Positions 38,101-52,445 are shown, counted from the first letter of the stretch. The stretch is DNA of 64,000 nucleotides from Paragordius varius (GCA_964247055.1 OZ176054.1:8866001-8930000), one strand, 5' to 3'. The notes: generated by a model not told the origin, from the sequence alone. Numbers and translations are program-made.

Positions 38101-40083
38101 AGTTCAAACTTTAGGTATTTAGTTATTATTAATAATTATTTTCTTTGTTTTAATATTTTATCTATAATATTTTTTTGTTTATAGTTCATTCATCGAAAAA
38201 GATACTACCATGTATATCCAAAATTTTGGATATAGTTTAATATAATAACTATTACGATAATTCAAATTATATACATATTATAACCTAACTTAAAATGATG
38301 GATAAAATATAAAGAGTCCATTTAAGGTGTAAATTTAAGTCAGCTTAGTTTAAAAGTGAAATATTTGTATGGATAATGATTTAACTTATCTATTTATCAT
38401 GAAGTTAATTTAATTTAACACAATTTATTTATTAAATGGTGATCGCAAAGAATTTACTCTATAATGTTATAATTTTCCAGGGTTTTGACCAGGGCCAAAA
38501 AACTCCCTCAAGCCATTAATGATACCGAATCTATGGTAAAAGTGGCATGGGACCTGATTAAGCCAGAAATGGAAATTGCAAAACATGCTGCAAAAATGGA
38601 ATGTATAACAATTTTGTTCTTTTAACGTTAAGAAAACATTAATATGGGGTTTAATTAAAACTTTGCGCTATTTGTTATTTTGCACGCGTGATTTTTTTTA
38701 ATTTTTTGTTTGTTACAGGTCAACGGTTAAAAGAGTTACCATCTCGTTACATTACACCTTTCAAGCGTAGTATGCGCAATTATAAACCTATACACGAAAT
38801 TATTCAAGAAAAATCAAATATTAACTTACCTAACATTAGAGATAGTTTAATAAAATTTGAAGACCAAAGTGTAACTCAAGATTGTATTAATGAATTGGGA
38901 AAAACAATAAACAACGAGAAAACTGACCACATTTTTGCTTTAGAAATTGATTCATTTGAACCTACAAATTCTAACGATACTATAAACGACGAAAATATTT
39001 GTGGCACATCTGTCGCTAACAATTATATTTCAAATAATCAATCATTAACTAGTCCCTTAAAAGCAAATGATAAAAGCAGCAAGCAAATCGAAATTGTATT
39101 GAAACAAAAAAGTAATGATGAAAATAAGAGCCATGCCACAGAAGATTCGCAAGATTTTTTATATCTCCGATTATTGGGTAAATATATTTTTTAAATGAAT
39201 GCAATATTTTACTTTATATTATACCATTACTTTTTAGGTGTTAGAATGCTTAAATTAGTCAATAACCGAGTCAACCAAAATCAAACCAATTATTTAGCTA
39301 ATTGGATTCATAAAACTCAAAATGAAGACACGTCCATGCCTAGTCACAGCCCAAAAGATATTTCAAAGTTTGAAACTTTATTATAATACGTTTAAAATTT
39401 TGGTTAAATTCTAAATTTTTATTAGGAATTATTAATTTTAGAACTAATGCGTTTGCTGATTATTTGCAAATTCTTGTTAAGTTTTTTTTATTTTATATTT
39501 AGGATATCAGATATTACTCATAACACAAGCCAAAACCATCATACTGTAAAATTAACTTCGTTTAATTACAACAAAATTAACTTAGACGTCCAAGATATAA
39601 AACCTCAATGTTTGGATAATCTATTAGGCCCAAAAGATAGTGTTTATATTGACTGTCCCATTTGTCGGAATCAAATTAAAGTTTATTTACAACTATCTTA
39701 AAATTTTAAAATAGAAAATGTGGTGATAACTTTTTTTTCAATTTACAAATTATTTTAGATTCCACACAATGATAGCAAAGATCAAGTCATAAATTCTCAT
39801 ATCGATGAATGCTTAACCTTTAATTCATTGGAACGCAATAATTATGATTTCCTTAAAAATCCTGCTGAAAATTGCAAAAACGTTGACACTCTTATTGCAA
39901 AACGTCCAATCAAACAAAATATGAATTTAGTTGCTCAAACTAAAAAAAACAAGTGTACATTGAATCATATAATTACTTATAATATGTCTTTTTAATTTCA
40001 CTAAACATTATTTTTTTAAAATTATCATTTACAGGAAAGGGCCGAATAATCAACAAACATTGGAGAAATTTTTCATTTCTTAG
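33790..40083 (+). CDS. POLK: DNA polymerase kappa (Y-family, DinB), 14 exons
   Basis: Exons 33790-33876, 33945-34085, 34107-34259, 34395-34851, 34953-35054, 35148-35275, 35430-35655, 37925-38114, 38481-38602, 38719-39177, 39238-39367, 39503-39690, 39759-39953 and 40035-40083 (late boundaries approximate). Motifs: N-clasp, HIDLDAFFAACEMRD, STSNYIARKYGVRAAMPGF, LDEAY, SDMDKPNGQ, GIGKV, RKSIGIERT, UBZ CPIC..HIDECL and C-terminal PIP-like QTLEKFF. Confidence 0.95.
35770..37330 (-). mobile_element. Decayed non-LTR retrotransposon (RT and 3' end), antisense within POLK intron 7
   Basis: Minus-strand peptides SNFRPIRILEHGLKIFENLL, YAFVDMEQAF and KGRPYKTWQSTIQED..NRMEW. Confidence 0.7.
37340..37690 (+). 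repeat. Inverted duplicate of the LINE segment at ~36835-37165
   Basis: Both arms encode RKMG.EK.KELE.A...QSA.RW.KHD.NIKTE.T.IRLADN.I...A.IIKTT on opposite strands. Confidence 0.85.
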
Positions 40084-40623
40084 CCTTATATGTGCTAATA
40101 GCAAGGTAATGGTTTAATTTACTAGTTGTTACTTAGTGTTCACTGTGATAAACTAATCAAATGCAATAAAATTATTACTATTATTTACACTCCCAAAATA
40201 TTTATTAGAAATAAATTTTTATTTAGATCTATTATTATTAATAATAAATTACCTTTTTATTATACGGCTATTTTGGTGAAATCATATCAATTTTATCAAT
40301 TAATCAAATAGGAAGATGGTAAAACATAGATTTTAATTTAGTTAAATCGTGATATTTCGGTTACGCTAATTTTTTTTAGTTTTTTAACATTTTAATAAAA
40401 CTCTTTAGGTAAAGGAATAAGCAATCACTTTATGAGTATAATATAATAAATATGATATGACACCAAAAAAGTTGTGCTAAAAGATATGATGTGGGTTTTT
40501 GGCACAGTTAAGAAAGTGTAAAACAAAAAATATAATTTAATTTATTTTTATATAAAATGAATTTTATTGCGTAAAATTATCTTATAAAAAAAGTTTTGCA
40601 TTGAATTAGTTTTCTTTTCGTTT

Positions 40624-43600
40624 CTATTCACAGCATTTCGACTTGGTGATTTTTTGATTAGTTTTGATGTTTATAACATTTGCTTTAAATAGATCTGTAT
40701 CTTCCCGTTCTATCATCATTCTAGATATGTGACAAATGGGAAATGGTTAAATAAAAGAAAAAAAAATCGCATAATTCTTGTTTTAATTTTGACAATGGTA
40801 ACATTAAAATCTGGCATCATATATGTTACAATATATTTGTCAATGAGGCCAAAATAGGATATATTAGTTTTTTGGAACCGTTTTTGGAACAGAATCGCGG
40901 TTCCAACGGTTACAATATTTTTTAAAAGAATATTAAATGCTTTTTCATACCTTTTTTTGTCCTACTATACTTTTTAGGGTAGTTTTCCAGGGCTCAATTT
41001 CATAAATAAACTACAGTTTTGAAAGTTATTAGTGTAAAATTAATGTTCCAACACTGTTTTCTGTACTAAAAAAGCTTATATTTTTTACAGTTTCATGACA
41101 GTCTAAAATTGGGACAGCCCCAAAACACGATTGAAACTAACAGGTGATATTAAAATCAAAATAAATCAAATGTGGTAAAGTGTAAAAGCTTTTAAGGTTA
41201 ATTTTTTTATTTTTTAATCAATTAATTTGCCTGTTGCGTTGTCGATTTAAAAAAAATTATGGAATAAATGGCGGCAAAAAAGTTTGAGATGAGGTTTACT
41301 TTGTTTACTTACAATTTTACATATGCGCCTAAGAGGCTATAGAAAGCATACATTTTAATTCGGCTTAATACCTTCAATACTTTTCAAGATATTCAAATTC
41401 TAAACGGCTCTGGGATATAAAACTATCCCAAGACGTATGTGGAGTATTATTTATATAATGAGCATTAAAATATTTTAGATTTCGGAAAAGGTAGCAATGC
41501 TGTTTTTTTACATTTTTATTTATGTATTCACATTAAAATAACTTAGTCTTATGTAAAAATTTAATGAAAAATTAATCAAACCGCCAAATTTTTTTGCAAA
41601 AACTAAACTTTGGGACCGGAATCGTTTAGAAAATCCTTATTTCATAGTATAGACTTAATCAAGTATCTACTTTATTAATGTTAGGAATGCATTGTGTATA
41701 TTTTTCCCTGTTTTCGCACTAGTTCTCCAAAATCCAGCATCGACTTCCTATAAGAAATATAATTTTTTGATATTTATCAAGTAAAATTGTATATATTAAA
41801 GATTCTTATTTATTTTACTCAAATATTTTTATCAAAAAATATTGTAAACTTTCAAAATATTTAAAATTTGAAAAAAATAGGTTTCCATAAAATTTAAAAT
41901 ATTAACTCGTGTATATAAAACGGAATAAATCTACAAACTACATAAAAGTTTTGAGTTAAAAAGGCTGTTATGTAAAAATTGATACAATTAAATAACTTAA
42001 TTTTACATTGGCTAAATCCACGGCCAAAGCGTTTAAATTGTATACAATTTGTTTTTCTGGGATGATATCGGATTTATTTGCACATATTACCATAGAGATA
42101 TCCTTTTTACATGCGGATTCCTGCAAAATATTGTTTAATTATAATATAATATAGTTTTAAAATAATTCTAAACTGTTATCAATCCAACATGTAGATTAAA
42201 TAAACATTGATTTACTCCATATCAATTAATAAAATTTTTGGAAATATGGCAAAATGATAATGGTCTTCCTAACAAAATAGCGAAATTATTGTTCATATTT
42301 AAGCATATCTCAATTTATTGGTGCAAATCGCCAAAATTATTGGCTATAAATAGTTTTCGCGCATTAATTTGTATCAAAGGGTTAAATTTTACGCTTATTT
42401 TGGGTATAATCTTTATTCTTGTATCATTTTAATCCTCAAATTAAGGTAAAATTAGATATATCTATTTTAACATAGAAATATTTTTACATACCTTTATGGA
42501 ATTTAACCAATATCGAATATTAATTAAGGATGTTTCGCTACTTGAATCATATACAACAAGGACTCCGTCAGCCCGTTTAAAATAGGATTGGGTTAAACTA
42601 CGAAATCTAATATACATATAATTAAATATATGTTATATCGTCTCATAATTATAATAGATAAATCTATATATTTATAAAAAAGGAAACAAAAATCGTGTCT
42701 TTGAGACCATTTTCCGGAAATTGAGTTGGAACATTCGATATCAAATATGATTTTTTACTTTTTTTCGATTGCGCCAAACATAGTCGGCTCGCTTCCCGTT
42801 CCCCCCGTAAAATGCCATTTAAGTCCACAAAAATAATTTTTTGAATTTTTTTTCGCCCAAGGTATGAGACGTAAAAATGAGGATTCCAGGTATTCCCTGC
42901 TAAAAGGCAAAAATTTTAGTGCGTTTTTTTATATTTCCTGCTGGGTACGGAGATACCCGCTAAAAACTTCCACGTCATATCGTATCGTGCCTTTGGGGCT
43001 AAATTTCAGAAAACCTATCAGGTCATATGAGTTCAATAGGTGCTTAAAATATTACCCGTAATAAGGCAAACATTTACGCGTGGTTTTTTAAAATTAGAAG
43101 TTAATTAGGCCTCTGCACTGAAAAATGCACCATAGAATGACTTTATGGTTTTAAGGCAATCTTTCGAAAATCCCACGAGAGCATATGGAATCAATCATGA
43201 CAGGTTTTACCCAAGTTAACGCACAAATTTTTATCGAGCGTTTTTTTGTTTCGCCCCTGGTTAGGGGGCTACCCGCGTAAAACTGCGTCATCATATCGAT
43301 ACAGCATGCCTTTAGAGCCAAATTTCGGAAAACCTATGAGCGCCTAAAATATACCCCTTAAAAAATAAATATTTTAATATAGGGGGTTATTTTAATGAGT
43401 CGCTAAGTAAAATTTTACGCCCTGAAAAATGCGCCGCCATAGAACAATTTTTTAGTTTTGAAGCATATTTCCATGAACTTATTAAAACATATGAAATCCC
43501 TGATAATTTTGGATATTCCTCATATAAAGGCAAAAATTTTGCCCAACGCCTCTACGTCCTCCTGGGTAAGGAGCTCGCCAAAACTGGGCCACTATATAGA

Positions 43601-46600
43601 AATTGTGTTGTTTTGGAGCTAATAGAAAATTTATGAAACCATATGAGCTCATTAAAAGCTTGAAATAATACCCGTAACTAGGTAAAAATTAGTATGAAAC
43701 GTTGTTTTGCCGTTAATTTGGGGCCTTTATGCCCTAAAAATACGCCATCATATAACAATTATTTAGTGTTGAGGTATTTTTTCGAATAACCCATGAGGCG
43801 ATGGTATCAAAGATGATTCCAAATATTTGCAAATTTAACTCAGCGCTTTTTCCATATAAGTCTATGGGCAGGGGTCTACCAGTTTACTGACGCCATACAA
43901 AAATGGCGTAATTTTGGAGCTAATTTTCGAAAAAATTAGGAAGCCACGCGAGTTAAATAAAGGCAAATGTTTAAATTTGGTGTGCTTGGGGCCTTTATAC
44001 CCTTAAACCCGCTTGACAATATGTTTTTGATAAGACCCACCATAAGAAATTAATTAGGACCAGATCGCGTATAAAGGCAAAAAAATTTGCCCCCCCCCCC
44101 CCGCTCCAAGAAGTCCGAAGAGATTTACGCTAGTAATAAATAAAATACAACAATAAATAAATAATATGGATACACAGTTTTTAGTTTCTTTTTCCTTTTT
44201 ATCTTATATTAAGTAAAATGAAGGTATGACACTTGTTTGCCCTAGGCTCACAATTTTATGAAAAAAATTATTCTGCAACTAAAATACGGAAATAAGATTG
44301 CGTTTTGTGTTATATATATATATATATATACCTTTCTTGTCCAACGGTATCCCAAATTTTGAGCGTTATTTTGAGCTTGTTGTACATGACACTTTTTGTT
44401 AGACAATCAATACCTTAAATTCGAAACAGAAACAGTTTTTTAAATTAAAACAAACAAAAGATAATAAAATTAAATTTGAGAAAGAAATATACTACTTACC
44501 TACAGTGGTACGCAAATCGGGTTGAAAAATATCTTCTGTAAATTTTAGCAGTATAGATGTTTTTCCCACGGCCGCATCGCCAGCCAATATAACATTAAAT
44601 ATGCGATCTGAAACCTATTTTTTGAATTTAAAACAATCAAAATATAATAATTAAAGCTTGTTTCCAAAGTAGTCCGTTTATTCCTTGATTTATAATATAA
44701 TTATTACACAATCATTCATAAATCACTTAATTTTGCTAAATATAAAAGTCACTATAATTTTTATCACACAAACAGGAGGCTCGGGGATATCTAATATTGT
44801 GCAAATGCATTATCTTTAATGAATGGTTTTTTAAATAATTTTAACTAATTAAACTAAAAAATCAATTTCTACCACAATAAAAGTCTGAAAAATTTTGAAT
44901 TTGCCGAAATAGGCGGTATTTTTTTTATTCATTAAATCTTGGCAGAGTCCGTTGTTGGGTATTTGTATTATAGGTTAGAAGTAAAAAGGCATTTATAAAG
45001 TCATATAAAAACCAAACTGCTTTTAATTTTGGTAATATCGTACAAATGATTTATAAGTATACTTTCGAATCGATATATTCGTTGTTTGAAACATAATCAT
45101 CAAACGTTTGATTGTCTGGCGTTTGTGTGAAGGAATCTTTGCGTCTTACATTGATATTTGTTACCGGTATATTTTGAACCTATATAATGACATATATGTG
45201 TATGTTGCATCTATTCCAATTATAACATTATTTAATTTTTCATGTTTAAAAATATATTATATAATGGTAAAGAAAATGTTAAAATTTGCATTTTGAAAAT
45301 ATCTTTTTTTTACAATATTTAACGGTTTTATTGCTTCAGGAGTAGTTGTGTGATTTATGTCAGGTACAATTGATTTGTAATTAACTTCACTGGATGGTGG
45401 GACACTTTTGTAAAACTGTTGATTTTCAAGGATAGATCGCAATTTTTGACATTCAGCTTCTTTTCTAGTTAAAAATATATTATAAAAAAATTGTATATTT
45501 TTCAAACAATTTATAGTTATTTTTTACAGTATATTTATATATAATCCTATATAATTTATTATAGATTAAAAGTTTAGATCAAAAAATTAATAGATATCTG
45601 TAGAAAACTAAACTTTAACATTAATATTATAAAAATAATATAGACATGGTAAATTTTAACGCTATACTATTAATCTCTTGGTTGATCTTTAGTTTATAAT
45701 ATTTTTGCAAGAAGAAAAATAATTAACACATTTTTAATTATTTTTGCCGGAAAAACTGTAAAACAGGACAAAATATCACATAATAAACAAAATTTAGGCG
45801 TATATAAAATTAGGGACACGACACACGAGTTATTAATTTTCCACAATACTCTATTTTAAATTTATATATATATCTTAACTTAAACATTTTTATTGAATTA
45901 ATGGTGTACATTACAAAAAAGACATGTAATTTAAAATCAATGTCCGAAACCGTTAAAATTTATTATTCTGTCGAAAAACTGTATGTAATTAATTATTATC
46001 CTTTTTGCTTATAAATAATCATAAATACCTAACAAAGAATTAATATTGTAAATTAACAATGAGCCTAAAGCAAGAAACCAATGTTTTTAACGAATATTAT
46101 GGATATTTATTCATAATAGTAATATATTTTTAAAAAAGGTATACTGCTTAAATATTTATTTTACAGAAAATTGTAAGGAAGGAACCAAAATTCATTTTAC
46201 ATAAATAATTTTACGACTGTTCAAAAATATTTTATTAAATTTAATCTTTTATATTGTAAACATATTTTATAGATTTTTAGGAGAAAAGTGCAAAAATGTA
46301 TACAATTAATAAAAGTGTTCCAACTAATTTTGAATCCGATGTTTTGTTGGTTTTAATATTAACAATTACTTTTGAAACGCTATAATTTCACACATCTATT
46401 AAGTTATAAAATTTGGCAAACATTTGTTCATTTATGGTTTATTTATCGTAAATCTAATGTTTGCCCTCCATTTTTTGGATTTTAAAGTTCATTTTCACTA
46501 CTTTTTTGGTAATCTAATCTTGGCGCTGGATTCAAAAGTAGATACAATTACTAAAATGATAATTGAAAAAAATATATTAACTCATTCAGTAGTTCAGCAT

Positions 46601-46892
46601 ATTTCAGAATTTCCATTTTTTTGTCCCGATGTTCCGTGAGTATTTTAAAGAAAATTTCTTCAAACAAATGTTTGGCCTCGAGCGTTGTAGAGGTGGGTAA
46701 AGTTACCATTGAACCCGATCTCGATTTTTGTCGCAGGGAAGTTGATGTGTTATCTAAGGAACCTTGCGACGTGTCTGAAGTGATTGATTTATTAATACCA
46801 CCATTAATATCATTACTTGTTGGTATTATGCCATAAAGGTCAGAGGGATTTGACAATAAATCATACAATTTGTAAATTTCATTTTCACTAGC

Positions 46893-46924
<32 letters not shown>

Positions 46925-49295
46925 GATAAATGATAAATGAAAAAACAATCAATTGATATAGGATATCTCTACAATTGTATATTATATTAGGTAGAAATGG
47001 ATTTAATACAGCTAAAATTGTCAATATAATGGATGGTTATATGTTATCAACATTATATTTAGATTTATATAACGTTTGACACTCGGAAATAATCAAATTA
47101 ATAATTGATTGCAATATAAAATTCTTGCGAAATTTCTTACATACTAAAAGGCTTAAATTTTTAGAGGATTAATATTTAATAATTTGAATTAACTCAATTT
47201 GAAACGCATATTATATAAATTAAAAGTGTCATCATAGATGTAAAAGCTAGTCTTATGATAAAAAGATTGGGGAGGCGCTTTTTGCATAGTAAATCTGATA
47301 AGTTTATAATTTATTGTTTTTTTTCGCTTGAAAATTAGTGATTACATTTTAATAAGCAATTATTAATACTGATCTCATAAATTTTATGCGATAATTTTGT
47401 TACAAAAAGAAATTTATACCATTCTACGACCTTATATAATCCAATGGCAATCAGGCACTTTTTTGAATTTTCGAAAAACAAAATTATAATTTAAACGAAA
47501 AGTGTGGTATATATTTTTACAATCTTTCTGTTTATATGCAGTAGAACTGGAAATAAATTATTTTATTTCAAAAAATGTCACCAACCGACATCTACTTTTA
47601 AATTTATTGCGGAGTTAATATCCTTGCTGTATGTGTGAATGAAATTTTTCTCATTTAATTAATTAACTTTTTATTTTGGATACAACAGAAAAAAAGAGAG
47701 AAAGGCAAATATCCAATTTTATCAAATACAATTATAAAATACCATGGCATTTCATTGAGCGTTTCCATAAAAAGTTTCTTTTGATCTTCAATGTGCCGAA
47801 GTTCTTCAATCTTGGTAGGATCTGTGCCTGCCACTTGAAGCGATGGCCTTCGTGCATTCTTACGCTTATGTGCCAACTCCTCGGCCTCTTCATTGCTAAG
47901 GATGTCATCGTATACAACAGCGTTAGATGATGGATTGTCCTCTTTTGTCCTTACTGAGTTATAATTCAGCTCATATGGACTATAAAAATTTTTTTGGTTA
48001 TTATTTTGCATTAGGGCTTGTGGGCCCTTGTTAACAAGAGCAGTGGTAGTGGAAGAATAATCTAACTTTGAGTCGTAATTCCTTGTCGTTGGGCCTGGAG
48101 TAAGTTGTTCGTTTTTGTTTGAAAATGGGGTGACAACAATGTTTTGAGGATGTGTCAAAATATAATTAATGGATTCTTTTTCATGATTTTTGTTGTTGGT
48201 AGTGATGATCGGATTTTTCATGTTACGGAATCGTGATTTTTTATACGAGGATGTTAGGGGTGTGTTACGATTTCTTTCAACAACGTTCGGAGATTGATCT
48301 TAATTGATAATGACAACATGTTTAGTTTAGTGCAAAGTAATAGAAATTTATCAAAAAAAATGTATAATCTTGGTATTAAATATACATACATATGAAATTT
48401 GTTAATTAATATATAATTATTTTTTTGTGATATAAATAATATATAGTATAATTAATATATTCGTTAAAACAACAAAGCACCCAGAGTAAAGCAATGTAAA
48501 GTTGTTTTCTAATAATAATTAATTATTTTTTTTTTGTTTTAAAAAAATACCTGATGACATCTTTACGAAATCCTGGAAATGCAAAAAACTATTACGATTT
48601 TTAGGAATATTATTGTTACTATTGTTTTTTTCGTTTTTAATATTGAAATTAATAGAGTTTGGCTTCTTTTCTTCCTGATTGGGTTGTAAAGAAATATTTT
48701 GTAAGTTGCTTGTGTCATTCCCAATAATATTTTGATTATTATTATCTTTGTTAGTTAATATGGGTGATATCTTCTTATTATGAGGTGCATTTAATGGAAT
48801 ACAAATACTACTAGTTATTATACGTTTATCATCATTAACATTTTTATCTTTAACGACGATATGTGGCACATTGTTTGTGGCGGATGATTTATTTGCCGAC
48901 GACGTGGATGATGAGAATACTGAAGCAAGACTTTCTTTTTTGTTATATGCTTTGACAAATTCATCGAAACTAATGCGATCATCTCCATCCCTGTCCAAAT
49001 GAATGAAAAGTTCATCTATATCAGGATCTGAGAGTTCTGGAAAAGTGGCCTGTAAATCCGATCGTTCAATGTAACCGCTATTGTTAACATCACATTTTTG
49101 AAACATACGCCATAATTTTTGCCCTTCGGATGTGCCCAAATCTAATTTGGGTTCTGTTTTGATGGTTGAATTAACAAAGTTGGGATTAGGAATTTTACTG
49201 TTGCTGTTATTATTTTTGAAAGTTGTGTTGTTTGAAAATGTTGGAAACGCGAGTAACTGCGAAGGTCGCGTATCACGACCATTTAATTTGTTCAT
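40624..49295 (-). CDS. RASEF: EF-hand plus Rab GTPase protein (RASEF/Rab45 or CRACR2A/Rab44-type), ~11 exons
   Basis: EF-hands DVNNSGYIERSDL and DRDGDDRISFDEF. Rab exons FNVILAGDAAVGKTS (~44615-44500), IWDTVGQER (44413-44334), FRSLTQSYFKRADGV, CANKSD and RTSAKTG, with a C-terminal KSKCCE* prenylation motif. The paralog assignment within the family and the true start are uncertain. Confidence 0.82.
42880..44090. repeat. Degenerate ~310-bp tandem array (about 4 units) inside a RASEF intron
   Basis: Anchor motifs recur ~305-315 bp apart: ctgggtacggagatacccgc (42940), ctggttagggggctacccgc (43257), ctgggtaaggagctcgcc (43563) and tgggcaggggtctacc (43866), plus repeated taaaggcaaaaattt. Confidence 0.7.
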
Positions 49296-51117
49296 TATTA
49301 AAGTTGATAGAAAAGAATGAAATATTTAAGTGTGTGTGTTATACAGGAAATTTCGGATGTGCAAAGGCAAAAATGATGACTTTGATGAGGCCAAAACTTA
49401 AATAATACAACTTTGAATGTGAAGCATAAATTGCTATTGTCTCAAAGATTGCATTGTTTTGGATTTAAATTTCAAATTGTTTTATCATTCTTTGACTGAT
49501 TAAATATGAATAAACTTTGTCCAAAGTTATCCTTCATTCAAAATATATATATTTAAAATTGATCATTTTTTATTTTATTAATAATATTTATTTTCAAATG
49601 CATATATATTTTTTAAGGTTACAAACCTTGTATTTATATAATTTATAACTTTGACACCTGTACAAATAAAAATAGGAACATTTAAACATTAAAATATAAT
49701 AATAATAATAATATATGGATGATGTTAAGTTTTTGTAAAAATAAAAACCTACACCACCCTCCTCACCACCTATATGCAGAATCAGAAGAGATCTAACAAC
49801 TAACTTGCATAAAAAAATTAATTAATAAAAAAAAATTCCCGTAAAAGCGCTGGTTGTCTTTCTGTTTTCCCTTCTATACCTTCATTTATGTTGCGTTCGT
49901 ATAATATTTTTGCAAACGTTTTTTTAGACAAAAATGATATGTCATCTATGAATGCATATTATACATATATATGGAACTAATTTAAATTTAATTAAAATAT
50001 AATTATATCCTCTACGGTTTATACCTATCGTGATGAAACTACCAGAGCTAGTTTATGAAGAAGTAGTATATATAATGAGGATGATAAAAAGTGATTTAGT
50101 AATACAATACATTATTATTAACGTTATCGATTTTTTTTTAATTTATTTTTTTTTGTTTTACAATTTTTAATTGTTTACCTAAAATCAAAACATAGTTATA
50201 AAAATTATATGGCTAATTATTATTATTTTAAATTTGAGAAACTCAAAAATGCCATTAACTCCTACTTCATTTAGTTTAATTAAATGAAAGATAATTAGTA
50301 TTATTTATCATCGATGTCAATGATTTTTAATTGTGCTTTTTTATAAAATCAAGCATCTCCATATTAATAAGTTTTTGCTTTTTTAAAAAAGAGTATTATA
50401 AAATTTGGAGGATATCTATTATTATCAAAAAATTATTTAGACAACTTTTGATTATATCAAAAAATTTATATTTTTGCACATTTTTTTCTAGTTCAATTTT
50501 GATATTAATATAATTATTGAACATAAATCACACGCATGCCTTCCTAACTTCAAAATTAAAATGATATTTCAATCGAGTTTGACCAAGCCCTGTATTTTTT
50601 AAAATATTATAATCTTACCTGAAAAAATAACGATATTGTACAAATATTAATTATATCCGTGCCCGATTCAGCATTTACTAGTATTAATAAACTACAGATT
50701 TATGAGAATTTAATCGAAATGTAGATCAATTCATCTATATATTTATAAAAATGTAAAATGCTGGCTTTGAGAAAAAATCAGAAAAGTGTTCTTATCATTT
50801 ATGCTCTTAGTTGGTCAGTTTTTATAATTGATCCCTCAGTTAAGCCCAGCCCCGTTTGGCATTTCAGCGCTCACGTTTTTAACTATATAAAATGAAAGAT
50901 GGTTTAAGCTATTCCCATGTTAAAAATTTAATTGAGGGTTTATATCATAAAATGCGCCTTCATATAAAAATAATATGACATTGACAATATTGAGAAAACT
51001 TATGAGACCATATGGATTCGTTTAAAGATTAAGATATTTCCTGTATAAGGTCAATTTATCGCCTTTTTTCAATTACCACTAAGTAGAGCCAAGCCCTTAA
51101 AATCACCACTATATATA

Positions 51118-51200
51118 CAGGGGTGTCCAACAGACGGCTCTCCAAGACTTTATATGTGGCCCGCGAAAAAATTGGAAATTGATAATTTATATAATGCTCA
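51118..51200 (+). mobile_element. hAT-like terminal fragment (related pieces near 57285 and inverted at ~62760-62836)
   Basis: caggggtgtccaacagacggc...ggcccgcgaaaaa matches the reverse complement of 62760-62836 (caggggttgcacaacatgcggcc...ggcctgcgaaaaa). Confidence 0.45.
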
Positions 51201-51419
51201 CAAAATTGTAATAAAATTGATATTTCTTAAACAATTCAAAAAAGGTCTACCCAATCGGAAACAACTAGAAAAATTTCGCAGCCTTACTTTGAAATTAAAT
51301 ATTCGAGAATGTCCACATATATTTGCGGCCCATGAAGCCATTTGTGCTAGACACCTTGATACATATATGTGTAACGAATAAATACCCCGAATAATGACAA
51401 AAATGTTATATAAGCGCTT

Positions 51420-51850
51420 TATTCAGCCGCATGTTGAAAATAATTTGGCTTTGAGGCACGTTTTCGAAAAATCATCGATACAACCTGGAATCAATAATAA
51501 TTTTAGGTTCTAGTTAGAGAAAAAAATTCAGGCGAACGCCTTTTGGAATTGGCCGCTGGGCGGGGTTTCGACCTCTAAAATACGCAGCCATATAAAAACG
51601 ACGTGACTTTGAGGGAATTTTTTGCTTTGGCAATGATACTTTTATAAAATCAGTAACAGTTTTTTACGTTACCAGTATAAAGGCAATATAGTCAGGGGCT
51701 TTCATAAGCCACTGGGTTGAGCTCCATAATCTATAAAATGCTACCGTGACAAATGCCATGACTTGGGGTGTTGCGGGAAGCCCAAAAAGCCAGAATACAT
51801 ATATGGTCCTGGATATTATTTAGCATAAAGGCAAAAAAGTTAGTCAAGCC
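51420..51850. repeat. Diverged copy related to the 42880-44090 array
   Basis: gctgggcggggtttcgacc..cagccatataaaaacgacgtgactttgagggaatttt and cataaaggcaaaaaagtt resemble unit 4 of that array. Confidence 0.45.
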
Positions 51851-51861
51851 CTGTTTTTTAA

Positions 51862-52445
51862 TTAACACTTCGATTCAATTTGGGGTATCTAAATACCCCA
51901 GACTAAATTTGAGTTAGGATTTTTTAAAAACTACTAAAGGACACGGTGCCAATTTAAATTTATGCTTCTATCCTAATATAAATTATATAAATATGGCAAA
52001 CAAATAAAATTTTGTTTTGAAAAAAAAATTCATGTCAAACTACTTGGACGCCATTTTTATTTTACAAAACTTTTGCAAAATATCGTCTTCATTTAATTTT
52101 AAGGGTAAAATTAAAGCTAATTTTTTATTTAAATTACATCTAAAATTGATAGAAATAGAAAAAGCGGGTTATTTTGTATTATTTTTCAATTTTACCATTG
52201 CACACATGTTACGTCGACTAAATTTTTACCTTTCGGTTTTAGCATAAAATAAGTAATATCAAGTATTTTTGAATAAAATTTTTTATATATTTCGGTTTAT
52301 TAATGTCATATAAGTGCAAAATTTTGCCATGGTTTTGATTCCTTCCATATTTTTTCAGGAATTTAATTTTAAAAACGCCTGGGGTATTTAACTACCCCAA
52401 TTTGAATCGAAGGACTAAAATGAATGTGTTGTATCCAAGTGTTAA
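51862..52445. mobile_element. TTAA piggyBac-like MITE, family A (best-preserved copy)
   Basis: TTAA-CACTTCGATTCAATTTGGGGTATC ... TACCCCAATTTGAATCGAAGGACTAAAATGAATGTGTTGTATCCAAGTG-TTAA. Confidence 0.9.

Noticed and set aside
38603-38632. A 30-nt micro-intron in POLK after KME
   Set aside because: Splicing at this AG creates TAA; the acceptor at 38718 keeps the frame.
48455-48510. Small extra RASEF exon
   Set aside because: It has no phase-compatible donor; direct splicing from 48551 to ~48298 is already in frame.
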